Positions 24,367-39,300 of a DNA stretch of 64,000 bases are shown here, one piece after another. Below the pieces are notes generated by a model. The model was not told the DNA's origin. It searched no databases and saw nothing but the letters and a program-made list of their open reading frames with translations. A program made the position numbers and the translations under genes. This stretch comes from Tubulanus polymorphus (lineage: Eukaryota; Animalia; Nemertea): the NCBI RefSeq assembly GCF_964204645.1, contig NC_134031.1, positions 13,627,807 through 13,691,806 on the forward strand, given 5' to 3'. The number at the start of each line of letters is the position of its first letter. Positions within the stretch are counted from its first letter, which is position 1.

Positions 24367-27300
24367 TTACTGATCACTATCACCGTCAGTCGTTTGACTC
24401 AGCCAGACTCTTTGCGTTATCACTGTCCTACATAATGGACATTGTTTTACGGGTTCAGCACATTCAGCACAGCAGCACACATGTCCACACATTAAGAAAA
24501 CCACATTCGACTGAAAAACAAAGCTATCATGGTTGATAAGCCCACTTGCGATTGGCAGTGTTATGTAGACATACATGGCTTTTGAGCAACTGGCCCCGGG
24601 CGCCTGTTCAGAAGAGTCTTGTCTAAGCAAAAATGCAAAATTGGAATTGAAGACTATTACCTCATTTTCCATACAAATTACACATTCAGTTGTTATGCGA
24701 GCTGTAATGAGACTTTCAGTGTCAGGTGGCGCAGTAGGTTCAGGGGCACTGGCTCCCTCCTATAAAAGAATAAAGATCCTAATTAGTGCGGTGGATGACA
24801 CAGCTTTCATAGACTTTCATCACAATGGATCATCATATGGTTCATCTACCCTGAAGTGCGATGTTGCCCCATATTCATAATGTAGTTAACATATCTATGG
24901 AAGCATGCAAGCACATGAAAAACATTGTGAAACTTAAGGTAATCTGATCTCTATAACAGGAGTGCTGCAGGGGTTCACAAGTATTGTAATAGTAATTTAG
25001 TTTCGATAGCCCCCTTTCCACTGTGAGATACAATGTTCAACAGCGCTTCCAATTAAGTTGGTACCAGAGATGAGAACGCCGACCTATAAAATCCGCGGTT
25101 TTTTTCTTGAGTTACACACGTGAACTAGCTGGCGGCTACAACGTTAGCACTTGTGAGTGCCGAAGGTGAAAAGCTATTTGGGGGGGGGTTTGGGGGTCCT
25201 CCACCATGAAAATTTTAGAAATTTAAAGCGTTTTCCGAGCACTGAGAGTGATCTTGAACCCATGAACGACTATTATATTTTGGAAGGTAATGGCAAGTTC
25301 CAATGTGGCACATCCTCATTCGATGACATTCAGCATCTCATGCATTACGGGTCGAGTAAATTATCGCATGAATTATCGCAGTTAAAATGCGCCCATGAGT
25401 GCTCACTAAAAATCATCACCCAGTAGTGTATAATATCTGATTCACGACGATAAGTAAAATAGGCATTGAACGCTTTTACGGTTTACCTGATGATTTTTGA
25501 GGTCATCTTTCCCTGGGGAAAAGTAACATCTGAGCAGCTGATAATAGCTCAGGCAAGGTACCCATTTATTCATGGGTGAGCAAAGGCAATGATGTGAGCA
25601 GATGGCAAGTGTCTTGCCCTAAGACACTACGGTAATGTACAAGGTTCAAACCACAACCTGGCTTCCCAGAGTTTAATGCTCAACCACTCGTCCACACTGC
25701 TCACACAAGTAGTAGTACATTTAAGTCTCACGATGCCATCCAGGGACAGATCCAAGGGGGTGCAAAGTAATGAACGGAGCATATATACTAAAAAGGGCAA
25801 ACTAAGTATTCAGCAACCAAAAGAAGAGTCTCGAACATTTTGAAATTTCAGTGCAATTTCATACAATTTCTAGGTACTCAAGGGACATTAAAGAGAATAT
25901 AAGCTAAATCTTGTTCTGTCGACTGCTATCTTATTCATTGTGGGTGGAAAAATTGCCCTGAAAGATAGTGCTATTGTATTTTCATTAAGGGAACGGGAGA
26001 AGTGCAACTGCCCCTGCCATCAATATTTCAAAACCCTGCAAAGGAGCATTACATTAATGAACATTAGAATGTAATAGTATGTACAAAATACTAACTTCCT
26101 CTTTGAGTTTGTCAGAGTCCAGATCGTTAAGCTTATTTTCCTTTTTCTCTGTATCAACAAAGTCTCGAATTCGCTGCAGTATGGTTTTGCGTAAACCAAG
26201 CTCATGAACACCAATCTGAAACAACCAAAAGAGCATATGTTTTTAAGATATCAATGAAATATCAGGAGTAAAAACTCAAGGATACCTTTCCATATTTCTG
26301 CGGTGAACATTATTATTAACTGGCAGTTCATTGACACACATCAACTAAAACAATTAAGGACCATTGATAATTGGTCCGGGAGCATAGGTCAGCCTTGCAC
26401 AACGCAATTGTCACGTAACCTTGCAAGTGAGGGGTAAGTTGGTATCAAGGCAATTGTCAGCGACTGTGTGCGACAAAAGTGTCTGCCAGTTGCAAGAGCG
26501 TGTAGGTCGAAGGGATGCAATCCGCGATTCTAGTTGTTACCGTATTTTCCGCCAAATAAGCCGATTTTCTAGCCTTAGAATTTGCCCCCTTAAAATTGGG
26601 GTCGGCTTATTCGCCGGTAATATCTTAACCCTGAAAGTTACTTAGCAAATTTATGCCAGCGACTACTCCGAGCAATGCCGTCAGAGTCTGTGTACCTCAC
26701 CTATATGATTGATCGAACCAACAGTCATTAGAGTGAGGATATATATGATACCAGGTAAGTATGATATATTACCAGATAATTTTATTTATCTTATGTGTAA
26801 ATAAATAAAGAGACTTTGTCATAAAACATCTTTGGAGGATAAACTGCCAATGATCGGTCTTGTCATCCTCAGATCGGCAATGTTTTGGTGGGAAAATGAA
26901 AACCTTAACCTGGAACGACGAAAGAAGACTAAGAGCCACTGTTGAATTTGAATAGAAGTTATTCATTTAATTACAAATTAGCACCCGTTATACACTATGC
27001 ACTAAATCATGGATAAATATAATGGATAATAAAGGCATTGAGAAATAATATACACACAAGCACAACAATTCAATGAGATCATGAATAAAGATAGAAATCG
27101 GCGATAAAGGCATCTTGATAATTACTATACATACAAGCACAGAACAATGCACCATAATGGAATTAGCAATACCGGTAGTTTAAAAGCTGTCGAATTCAAA
27201 TCGTCTGATTTCCCGAATAATCGCTCCCAATCATCCGCAGAAACACAGTCATCATCGGATTATTAATCAATTCGTTGAGCGGAATATCATCTTCTGCGTC

Positions 27301-30300
27301 AAACTCATCATCCGCCCAGATGATATCATCCTCTGTACAGTCCAGAGCATTAGAGATACAGCCATTTTTGAACGATTCCTTAACCGTTTCTACTTTAATT
27401 TCGGTCCAGACTTTTAAAACTCATTCGCACATGGTTGCCAACGGAGCGGAGCGCATATTTCCAGCAGGCGTAAATGACTGGTCACCGGACACCATCCACT
27501 GGTTCCAGCAACAACGTAAATTGTCTTAGAATAGCTTATTTAGTGAAACATCGAGCGGCTGGAGTACAGATGTTAGTCCTCCCGGAATGACCGCAATATC
27601 CGTGTTTGTATTTCGCAGCGCCAATCTAACATGATTGCACAAGTGCGATTTAAACATATTCCACACCAAGGATTTTTCTTTCAGCAACCCCCCTGGTCGT
27701 CTGCACCACACTTCGTTAATCCATTTAACGCACCCAGTATCGTCCATCCAGCCATTCTCCTGGCAGTGTATTATTTCTCCTTTCGGAAATTTTTCTTTTT
27801 CGGAAATGTTTTTCGTTTGAAAACGACCATCGGCGGTAGTTTTGTTACGTCTACCAAACAGCTTAAAACGACGGTAAAACGTTGTTTTTCGTGGTCAGAC
27901 GTTTTCACCCACACTGTGTTTTCCCCACGTTGGTTAACAGTTTTATTTGACACCATATCGAAATAAACAGGGGTCGCGTCCATGTTGCCGATTATCTGTT
28001 TATCACCATTGCGTTTTCTGATGTTAATTATGAATCGCTGAAAATTCATTATCTTGTCGTCGAGATCTAAAATCTTTCGCATATTCGATCACGGTTACTG
28101 GTACTCTAAAATCCTTCGCATATTCTTTGTTCTTTTCTGCCCATTTTATGGCTTGGAGTTGGATCTGCTCCCTGGATACAACCAAACCAATCTGACGTTG
28201 TTCAGCTGTACACTTGGTGACTTCTTTTTCGAGTTCAGGCCATTTGGGTGGGTTCTTCTGATTGCATTTGATCGTCTTTTTCATGCTTTTTAGAACTGTT
28301 AAATTCTTCTTCCACTCCCGCACTTGCTTTTCGTTGACGCCAAAGTGTGCAGCAGCGTTAACGTTGGTCGTCTCCATAGCTAGATTTACAACTTTTAATT
28401 TGAAATCTGCATCATATCGCATTCTTTTCTTCGCTGGAGCCATCGTGAGTGTATTGTATGTAAACTGGAACTGATGATCGGCCTTAAAATTTTCAAATAC
28501 CGGTATTTATACTTATTTGCTATGAATTAAATTACTGAGTGGAAATTCTGTGCACTGATTGGTTAATTACTGAGAATTTACTAATTTTTGAGAGATTTAC
28601 GAAGTTAGTCATCGCCTTTGTTTTAATAGTGCCGGATCAGTGACAGGCAACTATAGCCTGAGAAATTAACATGGAATTACAGGAGATGCCCGCTTGGCTA
28701 TTGAACCTAATTTGACCCGAATTATCGTGATCAAAGTTTTTCGTTGGTTCTTCAATCTGATAACAAAAAATACTGAAAATATACGGTCATGCACAAAATA
28801 AACAAACTATAATGCATAAAACAGTTTATAAACGGTAAAATGTATCTTATTAATCTTGCGGTAAGATAACAATGTTTCAATATATTGAATTTGAATGAAA
28901 AAGTTATGATTCCTGCACTGACACTGAAGAAGGCAACCTCGCCGAAATATTTGTCAATGGAGCGATCTAAGAAGAAACGACCACCAGCTGAGAAGACCAG
29001 CAAGGGCGGAGGACGCCCTGAGCGACATCAGCAACCCGGGATGTCGCCGAAAAACTACTACAGGGCTCTTCAAGTGGCGCACCACCTTGCCCAGTTGAGC
29101 TCTGGTCCCAAAGCGATTGGGAGGAAGAAGGACCATCTGAAGATGTTCCTGCGGCCGGCGGCTTGCACCGAAGCAGTAACGGTGCAGCTGCACGCTGCCG
29201 CGGACGTCTGGATGGAGACAGTCTTGAAAGAGCTGACCATTCATTATGCCGGCACATTTGTAGGGCTTATGAGTGATCCTCTGCCGGACTGTCTGTCAGC
29301 ACAGGATGTCGCCCTGACATGGGCCCGTAAGAATTTCGGCTCCCGTTTGAGCCCCGGAACGGCCGAGTCGGCTTAATTGCCAGAAAATACGGTACATGGT
29401 TACTAAAAATGGCATCAGACAACAGAAAGATAGAACTTTTCGAATTCCTGGCAATTACAAGGGAAAAGTGGGTTTCTTACACTCAGAACAAACATAAAAA
29501 CTTGCTCGTTGCTTTCTTCTGCGATTTCTACTACAGTGAATTCACTACTGTAAATTCTAATACAGGTTTCTTCTGCGATTTAGTGATAGGCTAATTAGTA
29601 GTACTCAAGACTTAAATCTAAAAGACTGGTCTTAATGGTCGAAGCAATATGAATACAAATGAGATAAAATTCCCGATAACAAATTTTGCGAATCCTTGAG
29701 AAAAATGATTTCTAAAGGTCTCTCATTACCATTGCAAGTTCCTATCCGATTATTTCTGAAAAAATTGCATCGCTCTCAGTCACAAGAGTGCATAGGTCTC
29801 ATGTGCGAGTCATTGCAGCGGGCCTCGCTGGCAGTTGCAACCCGTCGCTGGCATTCGTAATGTAGCGATAGTCGCTATCGGTCACAGTGAATCGCGTAGC
29901 AGCGAGTCACAAGCCGTCGCAAGGCCGACTTAGAAATTAAAAGCATTTTCCGAGCACTTAGAGCGATCTTGAACGCATGAACGACTATTATATTTTGGAA
30001 GGTAATGGCTATTTCACATGTGGCACATCCTCATTCGATGACAATCAGCATCTCATGCATAATGGGTCGAGCCCTGAATTATTGTATCTAAAATGCGCCG
30101 ATGAATGATCACTAAAATCATCACAGTGTATAATATCTGAAGAAACGTACGCTAGCGGCAGCAGTTGTAGGCCAATATACATTGCTACTGTTGCTGCGCG
30201 AGCGCATCTGCAAGCGATCGATAAAATACATACACATCATGGTAGATACAAATCAGTGTTGCAATGAATACGCATTAAAATGCAATACGCAACAATAAGT

Positions 30301-33300
30301 AAAACAGACGCTGAACGCTTTTACAGTTCACCCGATTACCAATACGCCAGGCCAGCTGAGACCATCATCCTATACTTAAACATCATTTTTGGACTATTTG
30401 GAAAATTATATTTTTCAATACCGAAATTAAAGGCTTTCAAGGATATTGTCTGGCAACCTTTCAAATTCAAAGACTCCAACTGACTTCCCCAGCAGACTAG
30501 GGTTCCAGGGACACCATGCTCACTTGGGAAGTGGTTTCAAATGCTCAACAATCTAACAATTTCAATATTCAACATTCCCTGGTGACCATATACAAAAACC
30601 AATGATCTTGAAACTCACCACAATCATAGAACATGTCAGCAGCTACAATTTTGTAACCGATTGTGATAACGAAATGCTTCCTTACCAATTTAATATGGAG
30701 ATATTATTCTACTATTCAACACCCCCTGGTGACCCTATGCAAAACCCTATGACCTTGAAACTCACCACAATCATAGAACATGTCATAAACTAAAACTTTG
30801 CAATTGATCATGGTAACAAAATATGCCTAGGTACCAATATAATAAGGAAATACAAAGTTATTGTACAATTCAACGCCCCTTGGTGGCCATATACAAAAAC
30901 CAATGACCTTGAAACTCAACATAATCATAGAACATGGTATGAGCTAAAACTTTCCAATTGATTGTGGTAACAAAATATGCTTAGGTGTCAATATAATGAG
31001 GAAAAACGTTTTTCCACCTACAAATGAGTACTGTTGACACCAAGATGGCCGCCAATCGTGTGAATATATGCTGATCAAAAATACCTGTCTCATGTATTAA
31101 AGATCCCTTTCCATGGAATACCCATCACAAATTGCAATGAAAAATGGCAAACCAGTAGGAAGCTACAGGACCCAGAATATTGACCAAAATTGTCATTTTT
31201 GCGTACAAAAAAGGTCATAGGATGGCCATCTTGAGTCCGATTGACCCAATTTTCTTATGCTGGCAATTTTCTTATTTTCTTATGGTATAAAATACATACG
31301 AAAGATCAAGGTAATTGATCAATGCGTCTTCAAAATTTCCCTCAATAACTTCAAAAATGTGTAAAAAGTGCTGATATTGGCGAGCAACAATGGCTGCCAT
31401 TCAGCCATCTTGATTTTGACAGGGCCAGTTTTGGGCTGAAGATGTGTCTAGGCTAGATACATGTGTAACCCAAGTATCAAGACATTACATCGATAGCGTG
31501 TCTTTAGAACTTTCCAAAATAACTGGATTCCGTCCCACCGCGAAGGAAAAGTGAGCGCAATAGCCCACTGGGACTAAAGTACCAAGTGGGCTAAAAACAA
31601 GGAATCTAATCCCGCTACCGACCCTTGGTGCAAGGCGCCCGTTCACACCAAGTGATGTAGTCATTTGCATATCAATTCACCTTGTAAAATGAATTTATCT
31701 GAACAAATCATTGATGAAATATTATTATTAAATCTTTTTTAATATTATTGTGATCAACTTCTATCACCATTCAACCTAATATAATGTGAAATAATCCTGA
31801 ATACAAAGTTACCGGAACTACTTGGAAGGCACTTGGAAGTAGAGCGCATGTGCGAAGAGGTGGAAATACACGTGTAGTAGCTCCAGTTATTTCTGACGTT
31901 TCGCTTGGATAATAGTGATAACGTATTAATTTAACATAACGAATCAACTAATGAAAGTCCATAGATTGCGTCAGTAACCGAGAAGTAACCGTAGAATGAA
32001 CAATATTCGAGTAACGAGTCATCGAAGTGTACGCCAGCCGAGTTTGTTTACAAACAAAAACGACCTTGACAACCGATGTGGAGAAGGCAACTACATAAAC
32101 AAAATCAATCCTCGCAAAATAGTGCCTGGTCAAATTGCGCAGAAAAAATGCGGTTTTGAACTACAACAGTCCTGAATTATACATTAAATCAACAGCTACA
32201 ATATAGACACTGATGACGAGTGTTGGGAGTAGCCTGGATTTACAAGAAGATGCAACGGTTATTGTCGATTTGGACGTATCACTCAGCAACCAAGGTGTGT
32301 TAACCGCCGCATGGGAAAACCAGAATAATACGGAAATAAACTGTGGAACCGCGGTAGATATGACTGAAAACTATGAGACATACACCACACCATGACATAT
32401 TCCAACGCGATCAGTGACGCGGTCAGTAACTCGGTCAGTAAGCGACACAAATGTTTTGCACAATACTAACCAAGCGTTTCTTAATAACCTAACTAACAAC
32501 ACTACTAACAACTTAAACTACCACAAATTACCCACCGATACTGGTACTGGTACTACAAGGAGAGATGCAGAACAAAATCACTTCGGAAATCTTAGATCCC
32601 CATCGCGAATCAGACTGTTCAGTTGAACACTACTCTGTTGAAGAATTTCCTCTAAAAGAACATGATGTAGGCCTACCAAAACCCCAACGAGCGAGATACC
32701 AGTTAGCAAGAACTAGCCGTTTATTTCGATCACCAGAAGACGATCCACCCGCCACAGTTGAAAATATAGTCACACCATGGTCTGGGAGAAAGTTACCAGT
32801 ACCTACCTATCATGAAAATTTCTAAAGTGAAATGTCTTGATACGGACCCGTCAGATGTAGAATACCCGATAGAGACAATAACAGAAAAGCAAACAAACAA
32901 CAAACGTAAAATCAATACTGATTCCCCTCAAACCTATACAAATGTTGCCGGTTTTCTTAGGCCTGTTGATATGGCCTGTATTAAAGAAGTTGTAAAAGAA
33001 GCCATGAGTGAAGTTGCCAACCAGAAAGTCGACAAAGAGGATTTCAGTCAACTGGTAGCAGAATTTGCGAAACTAAATACTCGAGTAGAAACTATATTGG
33101 AACTGGTGAAACAATCCATGATACGGCGAAAATCATGAAGGAAGAGATTGAAACCAACATCTTGAATGAAGTTGAAAGTGACCTTGCCAAAATAAAAACA
33201 AGTATTTTCGAAACGAGGGAGAGGAGAACGCACTTAATCTTATACAATATTCCTGAATGTCAAGACGATGACTGGAAAGCAAGGTTTATCCATGACAGCG

Positions 33301-36300
33301 ATGAAGTAGAAAAATTCTTAACTATTACGTTGGGTGCATCAGTTTCTAAACCGAAACACATAATACGCCTTGGCAAAACTAAAAAATTGAACGGACTAGC
33401 AAGACCAATCCGGGTTATCATGGTGCGAGAATGGGAGAAAGACTTGTGTTTAGAACGATATATCAACGAAGTGAAATTTGGACGAGAAAAGTTAGACGGA
33501 ATATCGATGAGTGAGAACAAAACTCGTATTGAGATGCAAAAATACAAGGAATTAAATCAGTCCTTAGAGAAGACCAAGAAAAATGGTGAAACTGACCTTG
33601 TGATTAGAGATAATTGAATTGTGAAGAAGAAAAAGAATTACTTTCAACAATCGGGACACAAACCAACCAATCAAAGTCTGTGTCCCAAAAACTTATCATA
33701 ATTTAGAAGCAGATGGAAATTCAATATCAAGAAAAAAATCAGTTATTATAGAAACAGCCTTAAATCATAATCAAAATGCTAATGGAATGATTCAAATCAA
33801 CTCTTTAAACTGTCTATTCACAAATGTCGATCAACTCTTCAATAAATTTGACGAATTCTAACTGCTAGTTAATCAACAAATGCCCCAAATCATAGGAGTA
33901 TGTGAAGTTAAACCGAAAAATCAACGGAGATATAGAGCTGATGAAAACATATTGAAACTAGATGGCTATGATTGTTTTACAAATTTTTCCTCTAACGAAG
34001 AAGGACATGGGATATGTTTATACATTAAAACTAACTTAAGTCCAGTGAAATATTCAACTAAACAGACCAATTAATTTACAGAAAACGTCTGGGCAAGAAT
34101 TAATGTCGGTGATAAAAGATCATTATACATCGGTTGTATTTATCGAAGTCCGAACTCCAGCAAAGATAACAATGACAATCTAATGAACTTGTTAGATGAT
34201 ATATGGCGATGGAATGGTGAAGTTCTTTTCTTTGGTGATTTCAACTACGGCGAGATTGACTGGACAAATCTCACGTGTGCTAAGCCAAACACTCATCCAG
34301 CATCACAATTTCTAGAGAGTAGCCTTGATGCATTCTTGATTCAACATCAACTTCAACTATCGCGTTTTAGAGCCGATAACAGACCCAGTAATTTGGATTT
34401 GATATTTACTAACACAGACGAGAAAGTCAAAAACATCTGTCACAATGCAGGTCTAGGAAGAAGTGACCACAATTTAATTTCATTCGAATATGAAACAGAA
34501 ACTATATATGACAGATCACTCTACAGGAGAGTTCAGTATTCGAAAGGTGATTACAAGAAACTGTGCGAATTAATGTCTGTTGATTGGGATGAGTTATTTA
34601 ATGGTAAAAATCCTGAAGAATGTTGGCTGATCTTTAAGAAAAAATTAAATGCTGCTATAGAGATATGTATCCCAACTATCAAAATTAACAGAGATAAAAA
34701 ACCAAGACCGCTTTGGATGACAAAGTGTACACTTAACTCTGTAAAAGCAAAAACCAAAGCATGGAAAAAATTCCTGAAAACTAGAAGCGACCAAGACTAC
34801 AGCATCTACATTGAGGCGAGAAAAAGATCACGATCAGATGTGAGAAAAGCAAAAAGAGATATAGAAATTAATATTGCTAATTCTGTGAAGAGTAATCCGA
34901 AAGTATTCTGGCAGTATGCCAAATCAAAAATGTCCTCTAACAATGATATACCATATTTAATTGTTCCCGATGATGGAAATCGCTATACTGAATCAGACGA
35001 AGAAAAAGCGGAAGTTTTGTCAGAGTTTTTCTCATCCGTTTTTACTCATGAAGAGGCTGACAATATATGCGCCTGCGGATGTGTTAGAGTTTTGTGTTTA
35101 TTGCCGAGTCACTGTGCTATATATAGACTCGCTCAGGTGATTACTAACACACACAGCCATACTGTAACCTATATTCGCACACACGCGGCTGACTGCTGAC
35201 GCGCGTATATACAAATGTACTAGCGACGCAGTATTAGATTGGCCGTAATTTCATAAGTCAGAATACCTCCATCCACAAAATGTCAAAAATATACAAACAT
35301 ACACGGACTATTTCTCTCTAGAAATAAATAAAATACCGGCTATGATTTTTTTCTTAAATGACTTGGAAGACCCACTACGAACTCTGTCATTGGTATCGTC
35401 ATACTTGCTAGTTCAGAATTGCAACTGAATTGAATAGCGTACTCGCTTATATTCGTATCAACGAACAAATTATAAGCAAACGTACGATACCTTATCGAAT
35501 AAAATGTTCGCCATTTTGTCTTGGGTTTCACATTAGGCTTTCCCAATGGGCTTTCCCAATTACATCAGAGGCGCCGAAATTCCCGGAATTTCCCGTATAT
35601 CCCACAAACAGCCAATCACATTCATTGTAGCTCAGATTACAAGGTCAACTCAAATAAATAGAAGCGAGGAAATTTAGGGGGTTTATAAAGTGAGGGCCTG
35701 TAGGCCGAAAAGTACATTGAGATCAGTCAAACTAAAAACGGCAACACTTCCAGGAAGGATTGAACTTTTATATATTTCAATTGCAAGCATTAAAATTGTC
35801 ATATATAAAAACGTGCCATTACTTAGTGCTAAAAAGCAGGGTTTTTGCGTGTTTTTCAAGAATAAGTCCCCTAAAAATAACTCGATCACTATGAAATTTT
35901 TGTGGGCTCGAGAACTCATTAAGCCAAACCATGAAACCAAAAATCAACACAATCGGTTCAACAGCCAATGTTTGTGCCTTGTTGACACACCGGTACTCTA
36001 TTCATTTTCAATGAAAATTGCTTCATCAGACCGTTTGCATAGGCAAACCCACGGTTCGCCAAAAATATGAATGTGAACAAATCAGCTGGTCCAGATAACA
36101 TACATCCGCCAGTAAAATATGAAGCGAGAAATGAGATTTGTAAACCATTAACCATTATCTTTCAGAAGTCACTAGAATCTGGCATAATTCCTTCTGACTG
36201 GAAACTGGGATCTATATCCCCATTATTTAAAAAGGGTGACAAAGATGTAGCAAAAAACTGTTCGATGTTATCGAAATGAATGGAAAATATTACGTGATGA

Positions 36301-39300
36301 AATCATGTATCACCTAGAGACAAACAATCTGCTATCAAATAGTCAACATGGTTTTCGTTCTGGAAGATCTACTTTAAGCAATTTGCTCGAAACGCTTGAT
36401 GACTGGACTGTAGCGCTTGATGAAGGCAATTCCGTTGATTGCATTTATTTAGACTTTGAGAAAGCTTTCAACACGGTTCCAAACCGTCGATTGATTCTGA
36501 AACTGAATGCTTACGGAATCTGCGGGAAAATCGCTGAGTGGATTAAATCGTTTTTAAGTAATCGGAAACAGTGTGTTCGTGTCAACGATAGTTTTTCAAA
36601 TTGGAGACCTGTGATAAGCGGAGTTCCTCAAGGAAGCGTGCTCGGTCCGATGCTTTTCGTAATTTACATAGATGACTTACCTGCAATTATTACCACTCCA
36701 GTGAAACTTTTTGCGGATGATACGAAATTATACAAAGTTATCAAGTCTTTAGACGACTGTAATGATCTACAGCATCGTCTTGATAGCGCAATGAGTTGGT
36801 CGGATGAGTGGAAATTAAAATTCCACCCTGATAAGGCAAATAGGTTACGAATTGGATGCATTGAACCGACTTTCAACTATGAACTTCAGGGTAGTGTCAT
36901 CAAAACATTGGAATACGAACGCGATTTAGGAATAACAATTGATGATAAATTGAATTTCAAACGTCATGTGAACGACGTCGTTCTGAAAGCTAATAGGGTG
37001 CTATACACCATTAAAAAAAAACCATCAATGTTCGTGATAGCTAAGCGTTTGTGTTGCTGTACAAATCACAGGTTAGACCAATTCTGGAGTACAACAATCC
37101 AGTGTGGTCTAATATTTCTCTGTCAGAAACCGATAAATTAGAGAGTATTCAAAGAAGAGCGACGAGAATGATTGTGAATGTAAAAAACTTGCCGTATGAA
37201 GAAAGATTAAAATATCTTAAAATTCCGAGTCTCACTTATAGACGATTACGCTATGACATGATCGAGACATTCAAACTAGTAACTAACGTATATTCCACCG
37301 ATAATGATATTATCATGTTAGATGCTAGATGCCGTTTCACCAGAGGTCATCCTTGCAAGTTGGAAAAAAGACGATGCCGCAAGAACATTAGACTGAAATA
37401 TTTTACAAATAGAATTATCAATTACTGGAACAGTCTGCCGACAGAAGTTGTGGAAGCACCATCTGTGAATTCGTTCAAGGCTTGGCTGGACGATAATTGG
37501 AAAGACTATGAACCAAAAACTAACTACAAACTATACAGACGCTAATGATACCTCGGCAAATGTGCTTTAACTTTAAAATCTAACAACTGTGTAAACAGTG
37601 TTAAGATCGCCAAAGCGGTCCATCACTTAATGTTACTGTTACTGTTACTGTTACTTTTGCAGCGTATTTAACCCCATTTATCGGATCTTTCGTTAATTCA
37701 ATGAAAGTAAAAACGGTATGCTTCGGTTCGCGATAAACATACACGACACAATGCTGACACGCCAGTAATAGTCTCTCATTCCTCGAGAGCTAAAAATCTA
37801 TATGCCCTCTGTAATGCATAATTAATTTAATTGAAAATTAAACTAGAAAAAAATCTAGCAACAAGAGGCCCATGGGCCTTGAAGCATTGGTAGATTATAC
37901 TGTGGTATTAAGTGGTTATAATGTTTTACATCTGCCGGCAAATCTTCTATGACGATGTTGATTAGGAGGACCACAGACTTAAAGGTCTATTTGTCTAGTA
38001 CAATTTTATTCCTGAAAATGAATTTATTTTCTGCCGAACAATTTAGCCAAGGCTATTTGTACTGTTACACCTCATTAATGCGATTCTGTTAAAAAGACGA
38101 AAATAGTTTATTCTGATGTTTTCCATCATGTCCCAGCCAAGATATTTATATCAATCAAGATTTGGATACAAATACCAATTTTTACGCATGAACTGTTAGG
38201 CCCCACCGAATAATGAAAACAAAAACAGAACGATTTTTCTGAATGCAATTGCAAGACCCTCTGATCTTAGAGCTCCAAGCTCTGGTGCATGTACGCATGC
38301 AAAACGTCGCAGAGAGCGATGGTGTCACTGAGGCCTGCTGATGATTGTTTGTTTGTCTTTTTGTTTGTTTGGCTTTACGTACGTCGTTTGGATCTTGGTT
38401 TCCCAAGACTATTCCTATTGGATTGTTCATTTAACCTCATGGCGGTACGGCCTTTGAAGTGTTGCCCGCACACTGTTCGCAGCCAGCAGGACTCGAACCC
38501 ACTTGTAACTCAGCATTGATTGGATACAACAGCACGCCTTATCTCACTGAGCTACTGAGGCCGCTCAATTCAATTCCAAAAAAACTACAGCAGCGGCAAA
38601 TAACCATCGCAATATTACAATTTACGACAAACAACACGTAAATTAAATCACTATTGTTTAACGCATGGAAAAGATAATAAAAGGTATTTTTTCCCGGCGC
38701 GCATTACAAAGCGAATCTCTGCCGAGTGCGTAAGAGGGTGCTGCCGCCTTATGATTGCGCAGCAGGCGGGTAGGGCATCCTAAAAACAAAACTTATATTA
38801 GAATATAGCCGAATCGAATTTTACAATGTCAGTCAACTGATTGATAATAAAACATGGTTGTTCTCGGCGTACTTAACAATGATATTTTCCTCCAATAAAC
38901 AACTCTGATAAAATTGTGTCATCATGAAATGGTTTTAACTTTAGTAAAGGCGTTCCCGCACGATCACATACGGGTTTCAGTCACAAGTAGGCTGCCGTTC
39001 CACTGCTCTAGAAATATGTATTCTGACAATGAGAATTAATCCTTAATAATCCCATGGATACTGATAGTTGGAATAACAGTGATATCCAAACACTGTGATA
39101 TTTATAAACCGGAGGTACATAATTTTATGTTTTTCTATTCAGAAGAGGCTGTTCCCCATTCTTTACTGCCAATGTTAATGCGGACATATCGCTACGCGAT
39201 TGTTTAACCCACTCTCATCTACCAGATAATGAACGAGAAAAATGCGATCAAATAACTTTTTGGACCATTAAATCAGAAATCTGGCGACGCTATGTTGTGG

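Noticed and set aside
24511-24660. N-terminal part of ORF 24367..24672 as coding
   Set aside because: It is an in-frame GT-AG intron between the two RING-encoding exons of LRSAM1.
38476-38562. Functional tRNA gene
   Set aside because: A and B boxes are present, but there is no proper acceptor/anticodon stem and it continues into a SINE-like body and (AAAC)n tail.
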